Assembly: GCA_965216465.1 (NCBI GenBank)
Contig: CBDCFW010000006.1
Coordinates: 224,001 to 288,000, forward strand
DNA from: Bacteroidia bacterium
GTDB taxonomy: Bacteria; Bacteroidota; Bacteroidia; NS11-12g; UBA9320
Reading direction: 5' to 3'
DNA: 64,000 nucleotides
Both the position numbers and the translations under genes were made by a program. The notes beneath the pieces were generated by a model, which had not been told where the DNA came from, did no database searches, and saw only the letters and a program-made list of their open reading frames with translations. This document shows, piece after piece, positions 1 through 8,626 of this stretch. The first letter of the stretch is position 1. Each line of letters begins with the position of its first letter.

Positions 1-1
1 C

Positions 2-694
2 AATGCTGCAGCTAAAATGAATAGTATGAGTGGTGGTGAATTTACTTGCCCAATGGTATTTAGAGGTCCAACCGGTAGTGCAGGTCAATTGGGTGCACAG
101 CATAGCCAGGCTTTTGAAAACTGGTATGCAAACACTCCAGGATTAAAAGTAGCGGTTTTATCTAATGCATATAACGCTAAAGGTCTTTTAAAATCTGCGA
201 TTTTAGATCCTAATCCTGTAATCTTTATGGAGAGTGAGCAGATGTACGGTCTGAAGCACGAAGTACCAGAAGAAGAATACTACATTCCATTAGGTCAAGC
301 AAACATTCAAAAAGCAGGTTCTGATGTAACTATTGTTTCTTTTGGTAAAATGATGCGTGTTTGTGAACAAGCTGTTACAGCCTTAGAAGAAAAAGGTATT
401 GATGCTGAGCTCATTGACCTTCAATCTGTTCGTCCGATTGATTATGAAACTGTTGCAAACAGTATCAAGAAAACAAACAGATGTATTGTAGTAGAAGAAG
501 CATGGCCACTAGCTTCAATCTCTTCAGAAATCAGCTATATGATGAGCCAAATGGTATTTGACTACCTTGATGCTCCTATCAAGAGAGTTACTACAGCAGA
601 TACTCCTCTTCCGTATGCAGTAACATTGGTTGAAGCATTTCTTCCAAATGTAAAACGGGTAGTAGAGGCTGTCGAGTCAGTAATGTACAAGTAA
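2..694 (+). CDS. pdhB: Pyruvate dehydrogenase E1 beta subunit (5'-truncated by window edge)
   Basis: Frame is open from base 2 (NAAAKMNSMSGG...). Motifs VFRGPTGSAGQLGAQHSQ, PGLKV, NPVIFMESE and YLDAPIKRV are typical of Bacteroidota PdhB. Confidence 0.93.
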   Translation, partial: NAAAKMNSMSGGEFTCPMVFRGPTGSAGQLGAQHSQAFENWYANTPGLKVAVLSNAYNAKGLLKSAILDPNPVIFMESEQMYGLKHEVPEEEYYIPLGQANIQKAGSDVTIVSFGKMMRVCEQAVTALEEKGIDAELIDLQSVRPIDYETVANSIKKTNRCIVVEEAWPLASISSEISYMMSQMVFDYLDAPIKRVTTADTPLPYAVTLVEAFLPNVKRVVEAVESVMYK

Positions 695-3600
695 CTACTG
701 TTTGATTAATCGCCTTTCGATTACTTCATTTTCTGTAATTATCTTAAGCGTATAAACCCCTGCGTTTAACGTTTTAGGCACTTTGACTATCTGATCTTGG
801 TCTGTGATTGCCTCATTCAGCACCCGTCTTCCAAGCAAGTCGTAAAGCTCGATGCTATAAACGCTAAACTCTTCGCTATTTACTCTAATTTCTGTTGTAA
901 ATGGATTCGGTGACACTGCAATTCTGTTCTTATCTTGCAAAACTACCACCTGAGAATATGAAGATTGGCCGTCGAAGTCAACTTGTCGAATTCGATAGAA
1001 CGTTTTACCGCTAATTTGTTCGGCATCGATGAATTGATAATTCGATTGAGAAGACACCGTTCCATTTCCATGTATGCGACCTATTGATTGAAAATCTTTA
1101 CCAAGATAGCCCTTCTCAATTTCATAATACGCACAATTAAGCTCACTAGCTGTCGCCCACTTCAAATGTGCTAAACCGTTAACAACAGCTCCTTCAAAAT
1201 AGAGCCAATTAACCGGCACAGGGACATTATTATTTGATGGATTAAATACCGGAATAAAATTTGAGAACGAGGAAACCGTAAATTCTGCTATTACAATTGA
1301 ATCTCTAACCAAGGTAACCGTTGGCACGAGCTGAACGGGGTCAGCTCCATCAAATTGATTAAGATCTGCTCCACCAATCTTCGATATTCGGATACTGTCT
1401 TGATAAAATTCTTCTAAACTACTTCCTACTGAAACTCCTCGAGCGGCAATTGAATCTCTCCAAATAGACAATTCTCGTTCAGTAAAATATAATCTTATCG
1501 AAGATCCTATACCACTTCCCTGGGGATCAATAAAAAAGTTTCTTGGACCCACAAACGCCATGTTACCCAATGTATCCAAGGCCGTTCTGATGTTAGCCGA
1601 AGAGTCCTGAATATTTATTCCAAAACAAGTTTGACCTAAGAAGCTACTATTAGGATCGATGCTCATTACCAACTTACCCGTAGAGTCAACAATGTCAAAC
1701 CAACCATCACCATATATGCTTTGGCAGCTAGTTGTTCTTTCGTATTGGCCTACTTCAGTTCGCAGAGGTGGTAAGACCGTATCTTTAACACATAAACCAA
1801 AACTATCTCCGTCCGTACTAGTAAACTCACGATATACATGTAACCAAACTGTATCTCCAGCGAGTCCTAAATTTCTTAAGCTAAGGTCCGGATAATTTCC
1901 TGAGGAACTACAATCTTCTTCTACAAGACTTGCACAAGAACCACTAAAAGCTGTAATTCTAAATGCTTTATTATTCAAGCCACCTTGTGTCATTTCAACT
2001 TGTGCATCATCGGATGAAGGCATCACAAAACTGAACCATGCGTCTGCACCAAAAAAGCCACCACATGTTCCAGAAGGCACTACTGAATATGTGGTATTTT
2101 GATTATGGAACGTATCCGTTATGCAACTGCCTTGATTTACATTCAAGTTTTGGGCATTAGTACAATCATCATTTTCAGGCAGATCATTATCAAGAATTGA
2201 TCGAACACCTATAGAAAAATCACCTGCATAACCGTCAAACTGCTGTTTAACTTTCAGATATACCGTATCTCCGGCCAGCGATGTATCTCTTACCAAAAGT
2301 TGATTACCGCATGTATTTGAAGCATTGTAAAAATTGCAATTGCTTGAACAATTGTATGTCGTTAAGCTTCCACAAATACCCGTATAAAGCTGCATGTAAA
2401 CACTATGCTGATTATCAATCTTAAACGTTTGAACTTCAAATGCTCCATTAGCCGGAACTTCAAACTTAAACCAGACGTCTTCGTCATCTCCGCAGCTAGA
2501 TGATTCTTCAACTAGTGCATTTGCCAATGAAAAAGTATCGTAGTCAACAGTTAAGTTGGTAGTCAAACCAATAGCCGTGGCACATTTATCATTTGTAATA
2601 ATATCATCGGCAAGAATTTCTGTCAGTTCAAGCTCAAAACTATCGCGCAAGTCCGTATTAAATCGATTTGAAATACGCATCCAAAGCGTGTCTCCTGCCG
2701 TACTCGTATCAACGAAAGTAATTCCACTTCCACAATTGGTTGAGCTTAGGTAATTGCAATTTCCAAGGTTACAACCATACACCGAAAGTGCATCACAGCC
2801 CCCAGTATAAATTCTGAAATAAGGATTAAAACCACCATTCATATCATAGGTCTGAGCACTGAATGCTCCGCTTGTAGGCACCTCAAATTTTACCCAGATA
2901 TCTTCATCATTACCACAACCACTGAGATTTGCATCATTTGTTGCATTTTCAAGAGTAAGCGTATCACGCATGCCATACAAATTGGCCGAAATTTCTTTAG
3001 CACTTTCACAAGAATCGTGAACGCTAAAAGCACTTGTTGCAATTTCTGTAATGTTTATTCTGAAACTGTCTCTTAAGTCGGTACTGAATCGATTAGAAAT
3101 TCGGACCCAAACTGTATCTCCAGCAATAGCAGGATTAATTACTTGCAAATAGGGTCCACAATTTGAGGAACTGTAATAATCACACGTACCCGAACAATCA
3201 TAAATACTCAAAGCTCCACATCCTCCTTCATACATTCTAAAATAAGGTGCAAACCCGCCATTAAGATCGTACGTTTGAATCTTAAACCCGCCGCTTGACG
3301 GCACTTCAAACTTGGCCCAAACATCTTCATCAATACCGCACGATGCAAGAGAAATATCCGCAAGTGCGTGTTCTAGAGTTAAGGTGTCTCCATCATCTGC
3401 AAATGAAGTGGTTATATCTCGAGCGGCAGCACAAGAATCATGAGCATTGAAGTCGGCTGTTGGTATTTCAGCAAGGTCGATGCTGAAGCTATCTCGAAGG
3501 TCTGTTCCAAACCGATTCGTGATTTTAACCCATACCGTATCTGAGGCGAGGTCTGGATCTATAACTTTCAAACTTGCTCCGCAATTTGATCCAAGATAGT

Positions 3601-4348
3601 AATCACAATTTCCCTGGCATGAATACTCAGTAAGGGTAGCACATCCTCCAGTGAAAATTTTAAAATAAGGACTGAACCCTCCATTTAAATCGTATGTTCT
3701 TACATCAAATCCTCCGCTTGTAGGCACCTCAAATTTGACCCAAACGTCTTCATCATTTCCGCAAGACGGAAGTGAGGCTTCAACTAATGAATTTTCTAAT
3801 GTAAAAGTATCTCTTGCAGAAGTAAGATTCGCGGTTACATCAGTGGCGGCACCACATGAATCATTCAACGGGAAATCGGCATCAGGAATTGATTGAACTG
3901 AAACTGCTGCATTAGAACCTGTATGACTGAACCGCATACTAACTCTTAGGTAGAGTGTGTCTCCAATCAATCCTGTATCTTTTAACAATCGACTGTCTCC
4001 ACAATTCGAACCAGAATAGTAGTCACATGTACCTAAGCATGCATACTGGGTTAGACTTCCGCACGAACCTGTATAAATACTAACATAGGGTGCAAAGTTC
4101 AGATCCACTTTCTGGGTCCTGATTCTAATCCCCCCAGAATTGGGATAGGCAAATTTGAACCATACGTCGTTACTTATACCACATCCTGTCTTATCAGATG
4201 TTGCATTAAGAATTTGGAAAGTATCATACTGAGCAGTCGCATTAACTGTAAGAAGTTGAGCTGCATTGCATGAATCATTTGAGGGAGCTTGGGCAAACGC
4301 AAATACGCTAAACGCAAGCAAAAGACAGAGAGAAATTTGTCGCTTCAT
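695..4348 (-). CDS. T9SS type A CTD secreted protein with six Cys-rich ~140-aa repeats
   Basis: Signal peptide MKRQISLCLLLAFSVFAFA|Q from ATG 4348. Repeats start (N/H)DxC and contain DxWxKF. A PVPVNWLYF Ig-like domain precedes a CTD with VSPNPF...LYDLLGR...GVYTLKI...RLIKQ. Confidence 0.85.
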   Translation of the reverse strand: MKRQISLCLLLAFSVFAFAQAPSNDSCNAAQLLTVNATAQYDTFQILNATSDKTGCGISNDVWFKFAYPNSGGIRIRTQKVDLNFAPYVSIYTGSCGSLTQYACLGTCDYYSGSNCGDSRLLKDTGLIGDTLYLRVSMRFSHTGSNAAVSVQSIPDADFPLNDSCGAATDVTANLTSARDTFTLENSLVEASLPSCGNDEDVWVKFEVPTSGGFDVRTYDLNGGFSPYFKIFTGGCATLTEYSCQGNCDYYLGSNCGASLKVIDPDLASDTVWVKITNRFGTDLRDSFSIDLAEIPTADFNAHDSCAAARDITTSFADDGDTLTLEHALADISLASCGIDEDVWAKFEVPSSGGFKIQTYDLNGGFAPYFRMYEGGCGALSIYDCSGTCDYYSSSNCGPYLQVINPAIAGDTVWVRISNRFSTDLRDSFRINITEIATSAFSVHDSCESAKEISANLYGMRDTLTLENATNDANLSGCGNDEDIWVKFEVPTSGAFSAQTYDMNGGFNPYFRIYTGGCDALSVYGCNLGNCNYLSSTNCGSGITFVDTSTAGDTLWMRISNRFNTDLRDSFELELTEILADDIITNDKCATAIGLTTNLTVDYDTFSLANALVEESSSCGDDEDVWFKFEVPANGAFEVQTFKIDNQHSVYMQLYTGICGSLTTYNCSSNCNFYNASNTCGNQLLVRDTSLAGDTVYLKVKQQFDGYAGDFSIGVRSILDNDLPENDDCTNAQNLNVNQGSCITDTFHNQNTTYSVVPSGTCGGFFGADAWFSFVMPSSDDAQVEMTQGGLNNKAFRITAFSGSCASLVEEDCSSSGNYPDLSLRNLGLAGDTVWLHVYREFTSTDGDSFGLCVKDTVLPPLRTEVGQYERTTSCQSIYGDGWFDIVDSTGKLVMSIDPNSSFLGQTCFGINIQDSSANIRTALDTLGNMAFVGPRNFFIDPQGSGIGSSIRLYFTERELSIWRDSIAARGVSVGSSLEEFYQDSIRISKIGGADLNQFDGADPVQLVPTVTLVRDSIVIAEFTVSSFSNFIPVFNPSNNNVPVPVNWLYFEGAVVNGLAHLKWATASELNCAYYEIEKGYLGKDFQSIGRIHGNGTVSSQSNYQFIDAEQISGKTFYRIRQVDFDGQSSYSQVVVLQDKNRIAVSPNPFTTEIRVNSEEFSVYSIELYDLLGRRVLNEAITDQDQIVKVPKTLNAGVYTLKIITENEVIERRLIKQ

Positions 4349-4369
4349 AAGAAATAAGGTTAGATTTCC

Positions 4370-4377
4370 CAAATTTA
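4370..4377 (-). promoter_or_regulatory. Bacteroidota sigma-A -7 box (TAAATTTG)
   Basis: Exact TAnnTTTG match 21 nt upstream of ATG 4348. Confidence 0.55.
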
Positions 4378-4419
4378 GCGTACAAATGCTCCAAATGAAA
4401 GAAGCTTTAGGCTTTTTTG

Positions 4420-5433
4420 TTACTTTTTAAATCTTCCTTTGCTGAAAATACGTACTCCTGTATCTTTTCCTTTTCGCAATTCGCGCTGTTCTTCTTCTGG
4501 AAGTGCTGCAATGGTCTGACATTCTTCAGAGCAACATCCTGAATATTTCTCTGCACATTTAGGACACTGAATAAATAACAAATTACATGCTTTGTTCTTG
4601 CAATTTACATGATCATCAAACGGTTCTCCGCATTGATGGCAATTTGCAATAATGTCGTCTGTAATACGCTCATTTATTCGCTCATCAAACACAAAGTTTT
4701 TACCAATAAATTTGTTCGGCAAGCCTTGAGCCTCAGCGTCTCTACTGTATTTGATTATACCACCTTCGAGGTGATATACATCTTCAAAACCTTTATGCTT
4801 TAAAAACGCACTGGCTTTTTCGCATCTAATTCCTCCAGTACAGTACATAATTACAGGCTTATCTTTCTGATCTTTCAATTCATCAACCACCATTGGAAGC
4901 TGTTCTCTGAACGTATCTACATCTGGGCACCATGCTCCTTCAAAATGACCCACTTCGCTTTCGTAGTGGTTTCTCATATCAATAATGATGGTATCTGGAT
5001 TCTCAGAAAGTTTGTTGAATTCTTTCACGTTGAGGTATTCAGCTGGACCCGTTATATCGAAGATATCTTCTTCAAGTCCGTCGGCAACAATCTTGTTCTT
5101 GACTTTGATTGCTAATTTGAAAAACGACTTTCCATCATCTTCAACTGCATAGTTTAGTCTAATTCCATCCAGAAAATCGATTTCAGACATTGATGCTTTA
5201 AGCTTTTCAAGATTTGAAGTTGGAACGCTAATTTGAGCATTAATTCCTTCAGTTGCTACGTAGATTCTTCCTAGAACTCCTAGTTCGTTCCAGTTGAGGT
5301 AAATGTGGTCTCTAAACAGTTGGGGATTGCCAATTTTGGCATATTTGTAGAAAGAAATAGTCGTACGCTTAACACGGCTATTTTGAATCTTCTTTTTTAA
5401 CTCTTCCCCATTAATAGTATTATGCAATTTCAT
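4420..5433 (-). CDS. trhO: Rhodanese-domain tRNA uridine(34) hydroxylase TrhO (YceA family)
   Basis: SFYKY, GRIYVATEGINAQ, DMRNHYESEVGHF, MYCTGGIRCEKAS, LEGGI, FVFDER and a C-terminal Cys cluster. Confidence 0.9.
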   Translation of the reverse strand: MKLHNTINGEELKKKIQNSRVKRTTISFYKYAKIGNPQLFRDHIYLNWNELGVLGRIYVATEGINAQISVPTSNLEKLKASMSEIDFLDGIRLNYAVEDDGKSFFKLAIKVKNKIVADGLEEDIFDITGPAEYLNVKEFNKLSENPDTIIIDMRNHYESEVGHFEGAWCPDVDTFREQLPMVVDELKDQKDKPVIMYCTGGIRCEKASAFLKHKGFEDVYHLEGGIIKYSRDAEAQGLPNKFIGKNFVFDERINERITDDIIANCHQCGEPFDDHVNCKNKACNLLFIQCPKCAEKYSGCCSEECQTIAALPEEEQRELRKGKDTGVRIFSKGRFKK

Positions 5434-5457
5434 GTTACACCCTTTTTAATGGTGCGG

Positions 5458-5465
5458 CAAAGATA
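5458..5465 (-). promoter_or_regulatory. Sigma-A -7 box (TATCTTTG) for trhO
   Basis: Exact TAnnTTTG match 24 nt upstream of the start codon. Confidence 0.6.
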
Positions 5466-5510
5466 ACATCCTGTTCTAACTACTACAATTTATCTATTTT
5501 TACATCCGAA

Positions 5511-7487
5511 ATGAAAAGGGTATTGGCGATTACCGCACTGGCAATAATTGTGCTGTTAACTGGATTTCTTGCTTATGTAAAATACATCAAGCAAAATGTA
5601 ACAACAGAAGCCTTTAGCCTAATTCCGAGCGATGCTATTTACATTCTTGAAGCAGACGACCCCATAGAAAACTGGAATGAATTTAGTTCCAGTCCATTTT
5701 GGAATTACCTCGCCCAACATGCCTATTTCAAAGAGTTAAGTGGCGATGCAGATTACCTAGATAGTTTAGTGAATGCCAATCAATTTCTGTTAGACCACTT
5801 GGGCAAACGAAATCTCTTTATGTCTGCTCACATGATCTCCAATTCAGACTACGATTTTTTCTTTCTAGTCGACCTTAAAGACGCTGGTAAATTTCAATTT
5901 ACAACAAAATTGATCGAAGCAATTATGGAAGGAGATGACTACACCGTTTTCACTGAAAAGTACTTTGGAATAGCCATTTCAAGCATTAAAGATAAAGTCT
6001 CTGGCGAAGTTCTACACCTTGCTCAAATAGATAATTTCTTAGCATTGAGCTACACTAAAGACATCATTACAAACTGCATTGACGAAAAAGAAAGTCCGTC
6101 ATTTTCCAAGTCAGCCAAATTTACTGAGGTGAAAGACAATGTCTCGCAAAACGGTTTAGCAAGAATCTATTTTCAATACGATTTGCTGGAAGAATACATG
6201 AGTCTCTACTACAGTGATACTCAAGGTTTGTTAAAAGAACTTGAAACTTCATTTTCGTTTTCTGGTTTAGCGATGAGCCTTTCAGATAACACCTTGTTAA
6301 TGAATGGATTCACTTCTATACCAGACAGCATAACATCCTATACATCATTGCTCGCTAAACATGGAAATTCGTCCGTTAATTTCGATAAAATTCTGAGTAG
6401 CAGAATTGCTTACGCTCAGTTTGTGGGTTTGGCAGACTTTAATTCTTTCTACAATGAGTTAATACAGCTTAGAAGTGAAACTGATGTGAAACACTACAAC
6501 CGAATGGTTAATAAGGTTGAGAAAGTTTTAGGTCTGTCTCTCGAAGAGGATTTTTTAAGTTGGATTGGCAGTGAAGTAGTAATTGCTCAGAATTTACCTA
6601 GCAAACTGCACAACAATCAAGACGATTTGATCATAGCCATTAAGGCAAATGATATTGAACTTGCAACTGAAAAACTGGCGAACATTCAAAAGATGATAAA
6701 GCGCCGAACACCCGCACAATTCAGAAAATACGAGTACAAGAATTTTCCGATTTACTATCTCGATGTAAATAACATGTTTGAGTTGTTTTTTGGCAAAGCA
6801 TTTGCCAAACTAACAAAACCGTACTACACCATAATTGAAGACTATGTTGTTTTTAGCAACAACCCAAAAACTATAGTTTCAACGCTTGAAGACTATGAAA
6901 ACGGTTATACCCTTTCAAATTCAGAAACCTTCAAATCAGTGAAAGATGAAATGGATAATAAGTCTGCATTGTTTACTTATATCAACGGAGAATTAGCCTA
7001 TGAGGTTTATCAAAAAAATGTCTCTCCAAAATCTCGATCGGCTTATCACAAGAACAAAAAATACATCGCCTATTTCAAGGGAATTGGCATAGCCTATACA
7101 GCAGACCATGGAGGTTTTTCGAATGATATTTATCTGGCTTTTTCAGAAGAAAATATTTTAGAAGTTAACCCCGTACAAAATATGGATAGCCTCTTCAACT
7201 TGTACTACACCGACTTTTCAAAAGACCTTGCAAATCTTAGTGAATCTGAATCATTTGTTCTGAGCAATTTACAGAACAATACTTTTATCAAGTACTACAA
7301 GGGCACTAGTGTCATACAATTCAAATGCCCCACTAAAAATGGACTTCTGCATGGAAAAGCAAACGAATATTACCTCAATGGTAATTTAAAAGCGGAAGGA
7401 CGCTACAGAAAAGGAAAAAAGAGCGGGGTTTGGAAATATTATGATACACAAGGCAAGGTTGAAAAGAAAAAATGGAATGGTCTTTAA
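5511..7487 (+). CDS. Membrane-anchored DUF3352-like protein with C-terminal MORN-variant repeats
   Basis: N-terminal TM helix, 'IPSDA' motif, 'FLSWIGSE', 'KPYYTIIEDYVVFSN'. Ends with LHGKANEYYLNGNLKAEGRYRKGKKSGVWKYYD repeats. Confidence 0.6.
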   Translation: MKRVLAITALAIIVLLTGFLAYVKYIKQNVTTEAFSLIPSDAIYILEADDPIENWNEFSSSPFWNYLAQHAYFKELSGDADYLDSLVNANQFLLDHLGKRNLFMSAHMISNSDYDFFFLVDLKDAGKFQFTTKLIEAIMEGDDYTVFTEKYFGIAISSIKDKVSGEVLHLAQIDNFLALSYTKDIITNCIDEKESPSFSKSAKFTEVKDNVSQNGLARIYFQYDLLEEYMSLYYSDTQGLLKELETSFSFSGLAMSLSDNTLLMNGFTSIPDSITSYTSLLAKHGNSSVNFDKILSSRIAYAQFVGLADFNSFYNELIQLRSETDVKHYNRMVNKVEKVLGLSLEEDFLSWIGSEVVIAQNLPSKLHNNQDDLIIAIKANDIELATEKLANIQKMIKRRTPAQFRKYEYKNFPIYYLDVNNMFELFFGKAFAKLTKPYYTIIEDYVVFSNNPKTIVSTLEDYENGYTLSNSETFKSVKDEMDNKSALFTYINGELAYEVYQKNVSPKSRSAYHKNKKYIAYFKGIGIAYTADHGGFSNDIYLAFSEENILEVNPVQNMDSLFNLYYTDFSKDLANLSESESFVLSNLQNNTFIKYYKGTSVIQFKCPTKNGLLHGKANEYYLNGNLKAEGRYRKGKKSGVWKYYDTQGKVEKKKWNGL

Positions 7488-7550
7488 TCATATTTTAATT
7501 CAACGAAGCAATCTAAAAAAGGAATTGGATTGTTGTTCGTTATATAGAAT

Positions 7551-8573
7551 ATGAGGTCATTATATTATTTGTGCTGTTTGTTAATTTTGGGTGCTTGTAG
7601 TGCTCAAACTGACAGCTCAAGCGACTTAAAATCAATGAAATACAACACATTAACAGAAGAAGAGCAAAGGATTATTCTGAACAAAGGAACAGAGTATCCT
7701 AACACTGGAGAGTACACCGATTACAAGTTAGATGGAACTTACATCTGTCGACAATGTAACAGTCCGCTTTATGAATCAAAAGACAAGTTTGATAGTCATT
7801 GCGGTTGGCCAAGCTTCGACGACGAAATTGATGGTGCCGTAAAACGAGTGCCTGATGCAGATGGAAGGAGAACAGAAATCATTTGTAACAATTGTCAGGG
7901 GCATCTTGGACACGTATTTCTTGGAGAAGGATTTACAGATAAAGACACACGTCATTGTGTAAATAGTCTTTCGATGCAATTTATAAAGTCTGGCGAAGAA
8001 CTGCCTGAGCCAATCGTAATAAAAAAAGATCCTAGTACCTTAGACACAGCTACATTAGGAGCAGGTTGTTTTTGGTGTGTTGAAGCTATTTTTCAGCAGT
8101 TAAAAGGTGTTGAATTAGTTGAAAGCGGTTATGCTGGAGGTAAGATAAAAAATCCAACCTATAAAATGGTTTGTGCGGGGGGTACTGGAGCCGTGGAAGT
8201 TGCTAAAATTGTATTTGACCCGAGCATTATATCTTACGAGAATCTGCTCGATATTTTCTTTCATACACACAATCCAACAACCTTAAACAAGCAAGGAAAC
8301 GATGTCGGTGATCAATATCGCTCAGTGATTTTTTATCATAATGAAGAGCAAAAGATTATTGCCGAAAGAGTACTTAAAGATGTAGATGAGTCTGATTTAT
8401 GGGACGATCCAATTGTAACAGCAGTTGAAGAAATTTATAATTACTCGGTTGCTGAAGACTACCATCAGAACTACTTTAACGATAATCGAAACTCTAACAA
8501 TTACTGCAGTTTTGTTATTGCTCCTAAGGTTACAAAGTTCAGGTTAAAATATCCTGAATTATTAAAAGATTAA
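7551..8573 (+). CDS. msrAB: Bifunctional methionine sulfoxide reductase (MsrB then MsrA), lipoprotein
   Basis: MsrB motifs GTE, CRQC, CGWPSF, HLGHVF, RHCVNS. MsrA motifs GCFWC, GYAGG, QGNDVGDQYRS, AEDYHQNY. Lipobox LGAC. Confidence 0.92.
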   Translation: MRSLYYLCCLLILGACSAQTDSSSDLKSMKYNTLTEEEQRIILNKGTEYPNTGEYTDYKLDGTYICRQCNSPLYESKDKFDSHCGWPSFDDEIDGAVKRVPDADGRRTEIICNNCQGHLGHVFLGEGFTDKDTRHCVNSLSMQFIKSGEELPEPIVIKKDPSTLDTATLGAGCFWCVEAIFQQLKGVELVESGYAGGKIKNPTYKMVCAGGTGAVEVAKIVFDPSIISYENLLDIFFHTHNPTTLNKQGNDVGDQYRSVIFYHNEEQKIIAERVLKDVDESDLWDDPIVTAVEEIYNYSVAEDYHQNYFNDNRNSNNYCSFVIAPKVTKFRLKYPELLKD

Positions 8574-8626
8574 TATTGGAAAATCTCCAATAACATTCAT
8601 ATCTTTTTCGTTATTATTGAAGGTAT

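Noticed and set aside
7300-7487. YwqK-like antitoxin
   Set aside because: Only 2-3 MORN-variant repeats at the end of a large membrane-anchored protein, with no toxin neighbour.
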